Assembly: GCA_018992685.1 (NCBI GenBank)
Contig: JACVGT010000007.1
Coordinates: 1-64,000, forward strand
DNA length: 64,000 nucleotides
Origin: Theionarchaea archaeon
GTDB lineage: Archaea > Methanobacteriota_B > Thermococci > Methanofastidiosales > SZ-28-30
Direction of reading: 5' to 3'
Below the pieces are notes generated by a model. It saw only the letters and a list, made by a program, of their open reading frames with translations, was not told the origin of the DNA and ran no database searches. Each line of letters opens with the position of its first letter. Position 1 is the stretch's first letter. The translations under genes were made by a program, and so were the position numbers. This document shows positions 19,101-28,045 of this stretch, in pieces.

Positions 19101-19936
19101 CTGAGAAGACCACTCTCCAAGGTGTCTGATTTTCCATCGGGATTAACAATAGTGACATCATACCTGCCGGGGTTCAAAGCCGGAATGGTCACGGTCAGAG
19201 CTGTGTCTGAAATGAACGAAACACTGCAGTGGATCGCCCCCACCAGAACCTGTGGAGTTTCCACAAAGTGATTGCCTGAAATCTCCGCTGTGTACTCCTT
19301 GTCAGACTCAATTTCATCTGGCTGAATAGATTCTATGTGGGGAGGAACTGATTCTACGAAAACTGTAATCTCTGCACTTTCTATGCTATTCCCTGCCATA
19401 TCCTGGGCCCGGCAGCATAATACAACCTTCCCCTGAGGAGGGGAAGTGATTGATAAGCGCCAGGTGGAAGTGCCTGATGCCCGGTACCACGTTCCGTTAA
19501 CACGCACCTCCACCTGGTTGACACCAGTTTCTCCGTCTGATGCTGTCCCTTCAATGTTGAGAGTTCCACTGATACGGGCTCCATCACTTGGTGATGCAAT
19601 ATTCAGGAGAGGAGCCTCGCGATCGCACACTGCGCTTGCTGGGAGGGAGGGAGGACTCTCAGTGTCACCTGAAAGGGCAGTCACCCAGTAGTAGTAAACG
19701 TTACCATTTGTGTCTGGATAATCGGTATATGCAGTACCTTTGATTCTTGCTATTTCCTCTGCTACCTGGAATGATTCCTTTTCTGCTCTGTATAAAACAA
19801 AGGAATCCCCAGATCCGTCCCATTTCAGCAGGATAGCACCTTCAGGGCCAGATCGCGCTTCCAGCACGGTGGGGATTTCTGTTTTTGTGGCAAGTGATAA
19901 CATAATACAGAAGAGGATGAGAAGGAATCGATTCAC
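16151..19936 (-). CDS. giant cell-surface protein with signal peptide, FN3/Ig-like/TIG-like domains, four ~106-aa tandem repeats and C-terminal TM anchor
   Basis: 1261 aa. N-terminal signal peptide. Repeated TVTYTD.DNDDP..LTITITG.GTFAM modules. Pro-rich linkers (PPTPPPAP, PPHPPPPSAQPP). C-terminal hydrophobic helix LLMVAAGAGVLIAVAAALLF. Confidence 0.85.
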   Translation of the reverse strand: MNRFLLILFCIMLSLATKTEIPTVLEARSGPEGAILLKWDGSGDSFVLYRAEKESFQVAEEIARIKGTAYTDYPDTNGNVYYYWVTALSGDTESPPSLPASAVCDREAPLLNIASPSDGARISGTLNIEGTASDGETGVNQVEVRVNGTWYRASGTSTWRLSITSPPQGKVVLCCRAQDMAGNSIESAEITVFVESVPPHIESIQPDEIESDKEYTAEISGNHFVETPQVLVGAIHCSVSFISDTALTVTIPALNPGRYDVTIVNPDGKSDTLESGLLSFEPNSPPVIVDVSAVPQFVPNNGTTTLILSAHVEDSDDNIETVLIDFSPFNGSMTAMKDDGVIPDKVAGDSVYTVQTVISKETPEGTYTLEVVAEDDFGARDTSSVTITVVEDPPDNPPQLVNYQVSPSSGTSTTIFRYTVTYTDQDNNAPTYVSLTITGVGTFNMIESNPDDYNYVDGNQYYYEYSGLGAGTHSYTIAASDGTNPVSIGATGPSVSGTNTAPTLLSLGVTPSSGTQTTNFRYTVTYTDADNDDPASLTITITGIGTFAMSELDPGDTYYKDGKLYYYDYTAGLSPGTHSYTITADDGTDTTSVGGTGPTVTADPNTPATLTSYSVTPSSGTQTTNFRYTVTYTDFDNDDPASLTITITGIGTFAMSELDPGDTYYKDGKLYYYDYTAGLSPGTHSYTITADDGTDTTSVGGTGPTVTADPNTPATLTSYSVTPACGNTSTVFVYQVTYTDTDNDDPVSLTITITGIGTFAMSELDPGDTYYKNGKVYFYVYSGGFPIGTHSYTVTADDGTDTTSVGGTGPEIPVGDCAPPTPPPAPRISIFPIAGPSGIWVTVSGTGFSANEDNIKVTFAGVPVSLTPLGSTVPGTSAGTVKANSTGNFSAKFRVPPSSPGIKQVDASGASTPASSVPNKTFTVLAMPLPPHPPPPSAQPPTDTISPNSIITYPQTNTKHKGTYITVRGTASDNNEVTKVEVSFDNGVTWRAASGTVSWSYRWRLPSDGIYTIRSRAIDDEGNTELVGDAVMIVVDNTPPVVAFDPGLQLKEIESQTSFELKGTALDNDVVRRIEITTDGGDTWQPVEGPVGTWTFSWYPVDGEYTLQARAWDDLGQAGYSEEISVIIDTTPPELYITTPDRSTVTGDSFLITGTAYDLNGIATVEVAVNGEPPQEAQGTESWTYQWIVPTAEGTYTIAVTARDRAGLETSAQIQLIVGQATGRGLLEGLDTRTTLLMVAAGAGVLIAVAAALLFIYMRSS
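17440..18720. repeat. intragenic tandem repeat array, period 318 bp, about 4 copies; the two central copies (~17776-18411) are ~98% identical
   Basis: Nested ORFs 17794..18000 and 18112..18318 translate to peptides differing at 2 of 68 residues. The DNA repeats verbatim with 318-bp offset. Confidence 0.8.
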
Positions 19937-19938
19937 GG

Positions 19939-20694
19939 TTATTCCTCCTGCAGCTCACTGAGGAGTTTTTCTAATTCTGTCAGATGTTGGAGACAAAGGA
20001 GGTAGTTTCCATCTTCGAAGGATTCTGTAGCTTTTTTGAGTAGCTTCTCGCACTCCTCCTTGAGCTCTACATCCTCTTCTGCAAACTCAATGCCTGCCAG
20101 TCGTTCGGAGGCTTCTTTGAGTCTCTTCTCGCATATAGTCCTAAGATCATCTTGTCGGTTGCTGGTGATTATCTTTATTTCTTCGATTCCCAGCTGGTTA
20201 ATTTGCTCAAGCATGTCATCAAGTTGGGAAACATCACAAAAGAACAGAGGAACACTATTCTCGATAGCTAGTTTCTTTCCTCTGACAATACTTGCCCTGC
20301 TGGTATCCACAACAACTACTGCAAACTCATTGTTGAAGTGCTCTTGAAACGCTTTGTACAGCTCAAGAGACGTCTGTGCTCTGTCTCTTCCCGCCACCCT
20401 GAAGACACTGAATCCCATCTGGTCCAGCATCTGCTGGATTTGTTCCACAACGGCCATGCTTCCGCCTATAATTATAATATTGTTGGGATCTGATTCCACA
20501 ACCTCTAAGAGTATATTCTCGTCGAACTGACCCCATTCCACTTCCACAATCTTTGCCTCAGTAACCGAGGCCAAGAGCTCTGCCATGGCTACATCACAAT
20601 CTGAATCCGATACAATGACTACTGTACCCTGCGCTGCTATTGGTGCAGCGAGGACAAGTGAAACAGCGATTACCAGCCATCTCTTAGGTGTCAT
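19939..20694 (-). CDS. secreted CWB2-like (cell-wall-binding repeat 2-like) domain protein
   Basis: Signal peptide, then a domain with RVAGRDRAQTSLELYKAF matching the RxxGxDRYxTxxxIA signature of CWB2 repeats. Stop is 2 nt before the giant surface protein gene. TATA gcttataaatg about 20 bp upstream. Confidence 0.55.
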   Translation of the reverse strand: MTPKRWLVIAVSLVLAAPIAAQGTVVIVSDSDCDVAMAELLASVTEAKIVEVEWGQFDENILLEVVESDPNNIIIIGGSMAVVEQIQQMLDQMGFSVFRVAGRDRAQTSLELYKAFQEHFNNEFAVVVVDTSRASIVRGKKLAIENSVPLFFCDVSQLDDMLEQINQLGIEEIKIITSNRQDDLRTICEKRLKEASERLAGIEFAEEDVELKEECEKLLKKATESFEDGNYLLCLQHLTELEKLLSELQEE

Positions 20695-21155
20695 GGTTTA
20701 CCCTGTAAAAGCTCATTTATAAGCTTTTCGCTCGCCATTTAGGGACTGATAAACGTTTATCGCAATTTTAGCTTATAATTTCGTTCTGATCCGTTACTGA
20801 AAGTTCCTGAACGTTTCTGAACGTTTATAGTGTCATGAAAAGCGACTAGTTACAGAATACATTCAGGGTACAAGGGTAAAGAAATCGTGAGTTCAGCCCC
20901 CCCGATTCTGGGATATGAAGTGACTTTCTCAGGACTATCGAATCACTTCTAACTGTTGCTAATCGTTTCTTTGCAGTCTGATATGATCAATGTCTTCTCT
21001 GAGGAGTCTATTTTACCATAATTGCCCTCTTGACACTTTTTTCCGTTTTCCTGGTGATACCAGAACTCTCACGGGTTCGTGTCAGAGTGACCAGAGAGGA
21101 ATCTAAGAATGACCATGAGAAATCTATTTATGTAATCTATCAACAAGAACATTTC

Positions 21156-22202
21156 ATGAAGGCTGCTCTCACTACGTTGGATCTCCAGAAATATCTTGAC
21201 CAGAAGAAGAAAACCATGAGGATCTTTGCTCATTTCTGCTCATTTACGCCGGAAGAGGTTTTGCATGCAGCAGGTATCCTGCCAGTACGCATCTTTGGCT
21301 CGAATATCATAGAAAAAGCCAGCGCCCACTTGCAGTCCTACTGTTGCTCATATGCAAAGAGGGTCCTGGAAGCAGGACTGACCAACCCTTTTGATGGTTC
21401 TGTGTTCGTTCACAGTTGCGACACCATGCAGAGACTTTCTGACATCTGGGGATATTCGATTGATGATGGCTTCCATGAGACTCTGGTCCTTCCTGTGGCC
21501 GTTGATAAGGGGATTGAATACCTCACGAAGGAATTGAACCGGTTCACAAGGGGATTGGAGGTCTATGCGGGAGAAATATCTGATACTGCTCTGAAAGAAA
21601 GCATCTCTGTCTATAATGATAACAGGAACCTACTTCAGGAGTTATATGAAAAAAGAAAAGGGGGCCATATCCTTGCCGTGGTAGTAGACAAGGTGATGAA
21701 AGCCAGTATGAGCATGCTGAAGCAGGAACATACCGTGTTGTTGGAGGAATTCCTGGAGGAGGTGGAACTGGGAGAGTATTCTCGGCCTCGTCTCATCCTC
21801 TCAGGAAGTGTTGTTGAAGACCCTAGCATACTGGAGATTATTGAAGAATATGGGTTAATCTGCTATGATGATCTCTGCACAGGTTCTCGATATTTATCCC
21901 TGGCAGAGGAACAGTCACTACGAGGAATTGCACGACGATACCAGGGCATGTGGTGCCCCTGCAGAACTGCTTCTGCTCCCAGAGGACAGTACCTCGTTGA
22001 GAAGGCAGGAGAATACGATGCAGACGGAGTCATACTTCTTCTTCACAAGTTCTGCGAGCCACATCTTTTTGAAGCAGTCTCAATCAGGAACAGTCTGAAA
22101 GAGCACGGCTACCCGTGTCTACAACTGGAGCTCGAAGACCAGACCTCACCAGAGCAAGTACGGACCAGGATCCAGGCGTTCTGCGAAATGCTGGAGGGAT
22201 AG
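21156..22202 (+). CDS. 2-hydroxyacyl-CoA dehydratase family protein (HgdA/HgdB-like subunit 1)
   Basis: Conserved Cys ligands typical of the HgdAB/BcrBC/BadDE family. ATG 21156 is about 25 bp downstream of tatttatg. Confidence 0.75.
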   Translation: MKAALTTLDLQKYLDQKKKTMRIFAHFCSFTPEEVLHAAGILPVRIFGSNIIEKASAHLQSYCCSYAKRVLEAGLTNPFDGSVFVHSCDTMQRLSDIWGYSIDDGFHETLVLPVAVDKGIEYLTKELNRFTRGLEVYAGEISDTALKESISVYNDNRNLLQELYEKRKGGHILAVVVDKVMKASMSMLKQEHTVLLEEFLEEVELGEYSRPRLILSGSVVEDPSILEIIEEYGLICYDDLCTGSRYLSLAEEQSLRGIARRYQGMWCPCRTASAPRGQYLVEKAGEYDADGVILLLHKFCEPHLFEAVSIRNSLKEHGYPCLQLELEDQTSPEQVRTRIQAFCEMLEG

Positions 22203-22205
22203 CCA

Positions 22206-23396
22206 ATGAAAAAACTCAATTCCTATGAAAATCTTAAAAAACTCGTTGGGAGCCATTACATGCAGGCCAAAACTGCCCATTTTTTCAATCAGAAGATTGG
22301 CTGGGTCTCAAGTGGGGCTCCTGTGGAAGTGCTTCGTCCTTTTGACATCGTCACTGTCTACCCGGAAAACCATGCTTCAATATGTGGAGCAGCAAAACAG
22401 GGTTCTGAACTCTGTGAAGCAGCTGAGGCTGAAGGCTTTTCCCGTGATCTCTGCAGCTATTTCAGGTGCGATAGGGGATCCACCCTCCTGGGCACGAGCC
22501 CCATCGGGGGATTACCTCGCCCAGATTTCCTCTACGGGTGCAATAATATTTGTGGAACTATATTGAAATGGTATGAAATTGCATCCAGGCACTTTGACGT
22601 TCCCTTTCTCTTTGTGGATACCCCATTTGTTCACACCACCATGACTGACCATGCTGTAGAGTATGTTGCAGCTCAGCTAGAGGAGATTGTACCGTATCTA
22701 GAATCATTGACGGGAAGAGAATTCGATGAGCAGAAATTCACGGAGACACTGGAACTTTCCAAAACATGTGTGGAATTGTGGAAAAAGACTTTGCAGTTCG
22801 GTGCACATAAACCCTCTCCTCTCACGTGCTTTGACGCTTTTACTCAGATGGCCGCTATTGTGTCTCTGAGGGGAACGCAGGAAGCAGTGACCCATTACAA
22901 GACTTTAAATGAGGAACTGGAATCACGGATTCAGAAAGGGATTGCTGCAGTGGACAACGAGAAAATTCGGCTTTTATGGGACAATATTCCTGTGTGGTAT
23001 GCCATGAGGGGACTGTCTGAATTGTTTGAGAATCATCAAGCCTGCCTGGTGGCAGATACCTATACGAACGCCTGGGCTTCAGCTGCATTGGATACGGGTA
23101 ATCCCATGGAGAGTCTTGCTCGAAACTATCTGGAAATCTACCTGAACATCTCCATGGATCTTATGCTCGAACGGATTATCGCCCTCATTCACCAGTTTGA
23201 TGTGGACGGTATGGTAATGCACAGCAACAGATCCTGCAAACCATACTCTCTGGGACAGTATGATCTTGCCCGCTGCATAAAAGAGGAAACAGGTATACCT
23301 GTGGTGATAATTGAGGCAGACATGGTGGATTCACGCACATATGCGGAGGAACAAGCGCGAACGAGGATAGAAGCGTTTCTGGAATCTCTTGGGTGA
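22206..23396 (+). CDS. 2-hydroxyacyl-CoA dehydratase family protein (subunit 2)
   Basis: Paralogous to the upstream gene. GGAGGG SD 9 bp upstream. Begins 4 nt after the subunit-1 stop. Confidence 0.75.
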   Translation: MKKLNSYENLKKLVGSHYMQAKTAHFFNQKIGWVSSGAPVEVLRPFDIVTVYPENHASICGAAKQGSELCEAAEAEGFSRDLCSYFRCDRGSTLLGTSPIGGLPRPDFLYGCNNICGTILKWYEIASRHFDVPFLFVDTPFVHTTMTDHAVEYVAAQLEEIVPYLESLTGREFDEQKFTETLELSKTCVELWKKTLQFGAHKPSPLTCFDAFTQMAAIVSLRGTQEAVTHYKTLNEELESRIQKGIAAVDNEKIRLLWDNIPVWYAMRGLSELFENHQACLVADTYTNAWASAALDTGNPMESLARNYLEIYLNISMDLMLERIIALIHQFDVDGMVMHSNRSCKPYSLGQYDLARCIKEETGIPVVIIEADMVDSRTYAEEQARTRIEAFLESLG

Positions 23397-23400
23397 GTAG

Positions 23401-24189
23401 ATGTGGTGTGGTATTGATATTGGGGCAGCTACTGCCAAGCTGGTGCTGCTTGAGAACACAGTAGTTGCGGGCATCATTATCCCCAGCGGATTCGACACGG
23501 TGAAGACCGCTGAAGAGCTGGTGGAGCACGGGTTGGAGAAAGCAGGTATTCTCCGGAAAGATATCCAATGCATAGTGGCCACAGGTTATGGGAGAAGGAT
23601 GGTGCCCATGGCTGACAGGACAGTAACTGAGATCACCTGTCATGCAAGAGGTGCTCATTACCTAGACAATGAGGTAAGGACCATTATTGACATTGGGGGG
23701 CAGGATTCCAAAGGGATTTCCCTTGATGCTACGGGGAAGGTGACGGATTTTGTGATGAATGACAAGTGTGCAGCTGGAACAGGGAGGTTTCTGGAGGTCA
23801 TGGCTCGCGCTCTTGAGGTGGAGCTGGGTGAATTGGGAACCCTCTCTTTGAAATGCGAGGAGAAAGTTGCGATATCCTCTACCTGTACTGTTTTTGCAGA
23901 GTCTGAAGTTATCTCTTACAAGAATCAGGGAAAGAAGAAAGAAGACATCATTGCAGGGGTTCATGAAGCCATTGCGTCACGGATCTATGCCATGGTGCAT
24001 CAGATACCCATACAGGAGAAGATCATGGTAACAGGTGGAGTTGCCTTAAACAGAGGAATGGTTCGTGCTCTAGAACGAAAGATGGAGAAAGAAGTGGAGA
24101 TACCGGGAGATCCGCAGATTGTGGGTGCACTGGGTGCAGCACTGCTGGGGAGAGAATCACAGTCCATCAAGAAGGGTTCTTTTTCATAA
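23401..24189 (+). CDS. CoA-substrate-specific enzyme activase (HgdC/BcrAD/BadFG ATPase family)
   Basis: Acetate/sugar-kinase fold ATPase with N-terminal GIDIGAATAK and the Cys pair of the [4Fe-4S]-bridging helix. Confidence 0.8.
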   Translation: MWCGIDIGAATAKLVLLENTVVAGIIIPSGFDTVKTAEELVEHGLEKAGILRKDIQCIVATGYGRRMVPMADRTVTEITCHARGAHYLDNEVRTIIDIGGQDSKGISLDATGKVTDFVMNDKCAAGTGRFLEVMARALEVELGELGTLSLKCEEKVAISSTCTVFAESEVISYKNQGKKKEDIIAGVHEAIASRIYAMVHQIPIQEKIMVTGGVALNRGMVRALERKMEKEVEIPGDPQIVGALGAALLGRESQSIKKGSFS

Positions 24190-24607
24190 GGAGCAGCGCA
24201 TCACAGATCATGACGTTCTCACCTTTTTCATTCACTACTGAGTTTCGCAAGGTTACAATTCCATTGTCTCCTCTGTCTCTCTTTTCTACAATTTCCACTA
24301 TCAGATGAATTGTCGTCCCAATGAGAACAGGTCTCAAGAATCGCATTGTATCCACACCGTAGAAAGCAACTACTGTCTCGCGGATGATTCCCAGTTGGTC
24401 CCAAAACCCTGTCATGATGGAGAAAGTCAGGGCTCCATGGGCTATTCGCTGGCTGAACTGTGATTGTTCTGCGAATGTCTTGTCTGTGTGCAACGGGTTA
24501 TAATCTCCACTTAGTCCAGCAAACCGGACAATATCAGCTTCCGTTACAGTTCTTCCAGATGAGACGTATTTCTCACCAAGGGCCAGGTCCTCATAGTATT
24601 TTCCCAT
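24167..24607 (-). CDS. MaoC-like (R)-specific enoyl-CoA hydratase/dehydratase
   Basis: 146 aa with FAGLSGDYNPLHTD hot-dog-fold motif. Confidence 0.8.
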   Translation of the reverse strand: MGKYYEDLALGEKYVSSGRTVTEADIVRFAGLSGDYNPLHTDKTFAEQSQFSQRIAHGALTFSIMTGFWDQLGIIRETVVAFYGVDTMRFLRPVLIGTTIHLIVEIVEKRDRGDNGIVTLRNSVVNEKGENVMICDALLLMKKNPS

Positions 24608-24780
24608 TCACTTCACCTTGCTGCCCTGGCGAGTTCACTGCTATAAGCGTTTTGCTGCCCCAACATTGTGGGAGAACCTTTTTCAATTCGTACTGTCAGG
24701 ATTATCTAGCCGAGGTGTTGTTGCTTATTGGCATAGAACTATCTGTTGTTCATTGCGGTCCAGAACCAAGGAGGTCTTTC

Positions 24781-25647
24781 ATGTGTGAATGGTGTATGAA
24801 ACATGGAGCAGGAAAGAAATGGTACCTGAATGCCAAGAACTACTCTGATGAGCTGGCCAGGGAACTGGAGGCAGAAGCCTATCTTACAGAACAGTGGAGG
24901 AATTTTGAACAGGTTTTCATCCGAAAAATTGCTGGATTCAGCTCTATTGGTCTCGGCTACAAACTGAGAATGCCCTTGATTGGGAGGGTTCTCAGGTGGA
25001 ATGCAGAGAAAATGATCCACAGTGAGAGCAGAAACAGAGATCCCATAAGAGCTGATGGTCACTTTGGGCAAGTTATCCCCCTGGAAGATGCTAGAATCAT
25101 CCTTTCAGAACTGGCAGCCGAACCCATTATTGAAAACTATTGTATGTGTCGGTGGATGCAGAGAAATGTAAAAGATGTGTGCTGCATCAACTTCGGAGTG
25201 CTGTCAGGCGTGATTGAGAAGCTTCCCCGGTTCGTTCCCGAAGGAATGCAGCACCTTGACAGGGAGAAAGCCATGAATCGGCTCACAGAACACAATGAAA
25301 AGGGATATGTGGCAACTGTGTGGTTTCAACCGGTTCCTTACATCAATGCCATCTGTTCCTGTGAGAGCCCAGAGTGCGGAGGGCTGCGTCTGAGAAAAGA
25401 TTTCGGCCTGCATTCTGTATACAAGGCAGAGTACGTCATTCTCCTGGATCCGGACAAGTGCCAGGGCTGCAAGTCCTGTGTAACCATGTGCCAGTTTGGA
25501 GCTATCAGGTATATTCCTTCGCTAAAACGAGTCATCGTTGACTATAACGCATGTTTTGGGTGTGGCTTGTGCAGGCATGCATGCATTCACGATGCACTCA
25601 AGCTTATTCCCAGAGAGGACTTTCCGGGGCTGCGAGGTATGTATTGA
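24781..25647 (+). CDS. Cys-rich ferredoxin-domain protein (paralog family A)
   Basis: ATG 24781 preceded by AAGGAGGT. C-terminal 2x CxxCxxCxxxCP ferredoxin motifs. Paralogous to 27175..27981 and 31647..32201. Confidence 0.6.
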   Translation: MCEWCMKHGAGKKWYLNAKNYSDELARELEAEAYLTEQWRNFEQVFIRKIAGFSSIGLGYKLRMPLIGRVLRWNAEKMIHSESRNRDPIRADGHFGQVIPLEDARIILSELAAEPIIENYCMCRWMQRNVKDVCCINFGVLSGVIEKLPRFVPEGMQHLDREKAMNRLTEHNEKGYVATVWFQPVPYINAICSCESPECGGLRLRKDFGLHSVYKAEYVILLDPDKCQGCKSCVTMCQFGAIRYIPSLKRVIVDYNACFGCGLCRHACIHDALKLIPREDFPGLRGMY

Positions 25648-25661
25648 GGCGAGGTGCTACA

Positions 25662-25913
25662 ATGAATGCTACGAGAATTGCCATTGATTATTCAAAATGT
25701 GGAGAAGTGGGAAAAATAGACCCTAGAAAATGTGGAAAGTGTCTGAAAATATGTGACCCTGCCGTTTTCTTAATGCACCAGCCGCTTCACACGCAACAAG
25801 ATCCCTTTGATCCTCAAGTGTGGCGGATTACTGCAGTGTGGCTCTCTTTGTGTACACGATGCATGAAATGTGTAAATGCTTGTCCGGAGAAGGCGATTAC
25901 CGTTTCCTGGTAG
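25662..25913 (+). CDS. small ferredoxin-like Cys-rich protein
   Basis: 83 aa from ATG 25662 (GAGGTG 7 bp upstream). CGKCLKIC...CTRCMKCVNACP. Confidence 0.45.
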   Translation: MNATRIAIDYSKCGEVGKIDPRKCGKCLKICDPAVFLMHQPLHTQQDPFDPQVWRITAVWLSLCTRCMKCVNACPEKAITVSW

Positions 25914-26703
25914 GAAAAAGCAGATTCTGAGATTCTCTCCTGCTGTTTATCAGGGTTCGCACCTGAGCAATGATTTCCAGACCTATCAACAGGATAGCAG
26001 AGAACGCCATGAGACCAGGGACCCAATATCGAGACATAACGAGCGCAGTGAGCACGAACGCAGCTATGATCAAAGCAGTGTACTTGAGGTACCCCACTGA
26101 TTCATCAACATAGCGAGGCAACCCTTTCTGGACGACATAAAAAGCCACCATCAGCCCAACAAAGAATAACAAGAATTCCCCCATGAAAAACAGGAACAAT
26201 ACCTGGTAGTTCCATTGTACGAACTGTTCGTTAAACTTCACAAACCAGGTTCCCTCCCGGTAATTAATGAAGGTGGGGGGGGTGTCTCGCACCTCAACCC
26301 AGGAGTGGTAAGGGCCGATCACCGCAACGGCATCATATCCAGCATACCGTAGAACCGAACACAGCACCACAGCCTGGCCATCGCAATCATCTCTACCTCT
26401 CAGCAGGACTTCTTCTGCATTCGCCAAGTGGTTGAGGGCTCCGTAGTTGAACAGGTCGGTGGCATACTGGACTTTCCATTCAATAACAGAAAACATTTGA
26501 GCAGGGTCGTCCTTGACATTCTCTTCCATTTCGTGAAATAGATCGGCAGTGGTTTCAGGGAGAATGAGCTGCTGAGGAAAGAAAAACCTGTTAGCCTGTG
26601 TTTTCCACGCCAGCGGGTTCATGTTGCCCCCCAGCCCAATTACAAATACAACGCTGACTGTGGAGATCAAGAGCGACTTCCTAACATGTGATCTGAGGGG
26701 CAT
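25897..26703 (-). CDS. transglutaminase-like cysteine protease domain membrane protein
   Basis: GRDDCDGQAVVLCSVLRYAGYDAVAV...H.W.E is the Cys-His-Asp core of the transglutaminase-like superfamily. Three C-terminal TM helices. Confidence 0.65.
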   Translation of the reverse strand: MPLRSHVRKSLLISTVSVVFVIGLGGNMNPLAWKTQANRFFFPQQLILPETTADLFHEMEENVKDDPAQMFSVIEWKVQYATDLFNYGALNHLANAEEVLLRGRDDCDGQAVVLCSVLRYAGYDAVAVIGPYHSWVEVRDTPPTFINYREGTWFVKFNEQFVQWNYQVLFLFFMGEFLLFFVGLMVAFYVVQKGLPRYVDESVGYLKYTALIIAAFVLTALVMSRYWVPGLMAFSAILLIGLEIIAQVRTLINSRRESQNLLFPTRKR

Positions 26704-27174
26704 TACTTCATGTTTGAAGCGGTGCTTAAAGAGGTTTCTGCTCCAGCACTCCCTATGAGGAGACGGACAGATCGTAAGCAGCTTGTCGGTGTGATCCGTA
26801 AGTCATGTGTTGAAGCCAGGAAAAAAGAGAGAGAGGACCATGAATCACATGGGTAGAGAGGCTAAGCCTGCTCCTGGTCCTCTATGAGGGACAATAACCC
26901 AGAGGGACTGCATCTCTGGATATTTAGTCCCTGTCTGAAGGGGGTGAAAGATTCGTGTTTGTCCACTCGAATTACCTGTGGAAAGTTCTGCGGAGGACCG
27001 GTGTGCTCGAGGTGAGAACTCTAGGAGCACACTCCAACAGCATCCTCACCCGGTCTTCCATTCTTACTGAGCTGACGAAACTTTATTAACCTGATGACGA
27101 TTTAACCAGGAATATCCCCATATTGACATATTCTTAATAGGACTACGCAATAATAGCGGGTATCATCTCAATAA

Positions 27175-27981
27175 TCAGGTAATATCCACTAAATCAGATA
27201 TGAAGTTGATTGATCGCTCTGCAAAATCCTTTTCCACGACGACCCTGATCGCATGTCGGGGACAAGTGGTAGCACAGCGACCACAACCCCTGCACCCTTC
27301 ATCTATCTCGGCCCGGCCATCCTTCACAGCAATTGCATTGACAAAACACACAGATTCACAGGTTCTGCACCCCAAACATGCATCAGTGACAACCATGTTG
27401 ACGCCAGGCATCTTTGTTACCTTTCTTCCAATTCCAGGTGCTAGGTTGGGAAGCATGCGCCACAGACAACAACAGGGGCAGCAATTGCATACCGTTAGAA
27501 GTTTGCTGCCAGGGCCCACATTGAGCCAGACAGTATCCAACTTGTTTCTACCGATCAAATGGATCAATCCTGCTTCTCTGCACTTTTTAATATGTTCTAG
27601 CGCTTCTTCCTTGGTTACTCTTCTTCCCAGTTCAGGGTTGATTTTCATGGCAGCCTCCCCCATGAAGAGACAACCAAGATCAATGGGGTAGTCTTTACAT
27701 GTGGCCGCATCGCGGCAGATGCAGAAGTTCATAATCCAGTGATACGCAGCATTCTGGATGAAGTGCTCAACCACGCTGGAGGGGAGCACCAAGCTTTCTG
27801 GTACAAGTGATTCGTCAATTGTGATAATCTGGTCAGCAGGCAGGTATATGATTCCATCATCCTTGAAAACCAAGTTGTCAATGATCCTCCCGAGAAGTGG
27901 TACTCTGGTTAGCCGGGCTAAAAAGAACCGCAGTGAGAATCCTTTCTTTAGAATTCCGACTAGCCATATGGACCAGCTCAT
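27175..27981 (-). CDS. Cys-rich ferredoxin-domain protein (paralog family A)
   Basis: NFCICRDAATC, CNCCPCCC, and 2x ferredoxin CxxCxxCxxxC motifs. Alignable with 24781..25647. Confidence 0.6.
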   Translation of the reverse strand: MSWSIWLVGILKKGFSLRFFLARLTRVPLLGRIIDNLVFKDDGIIYLPADQIITIDESLVPESLVLPSSVVEHFIQNAAYHWIMNFCICRDAATCKDYPIDLGCLFMGEAAMKINPELGRRVTKEEALEHIKKCREAGLIHLIGRNKLDTVWLNVGPGSKLLTVCNCCPCCCLWRMLPNLAPGIGRKVTKMPGVNMVVTDACLGCRTCESVCFVNAIAVKDGRAEIDEGCRGCGRCATTCPRHAIRVVVEKDFAERSINFISDLVDIT

Positions 27982-28045
27982 TCAATCACATGTTCTCGAC
28001 GTTGGGCTTCAATATAAATCGATGCGTTTTCAATGTGAGCAGTTC

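Noticed and set aside
26274-26281. G8 homopolymer inside the transglutaminase-like gene as a phase-variation tract
   Set aside because: Only 8 nt, and it encodes Pro-Pro in frame. No evidence of variability from a single sequence. Slippage-based phase variation is not established for archaea of this kind.
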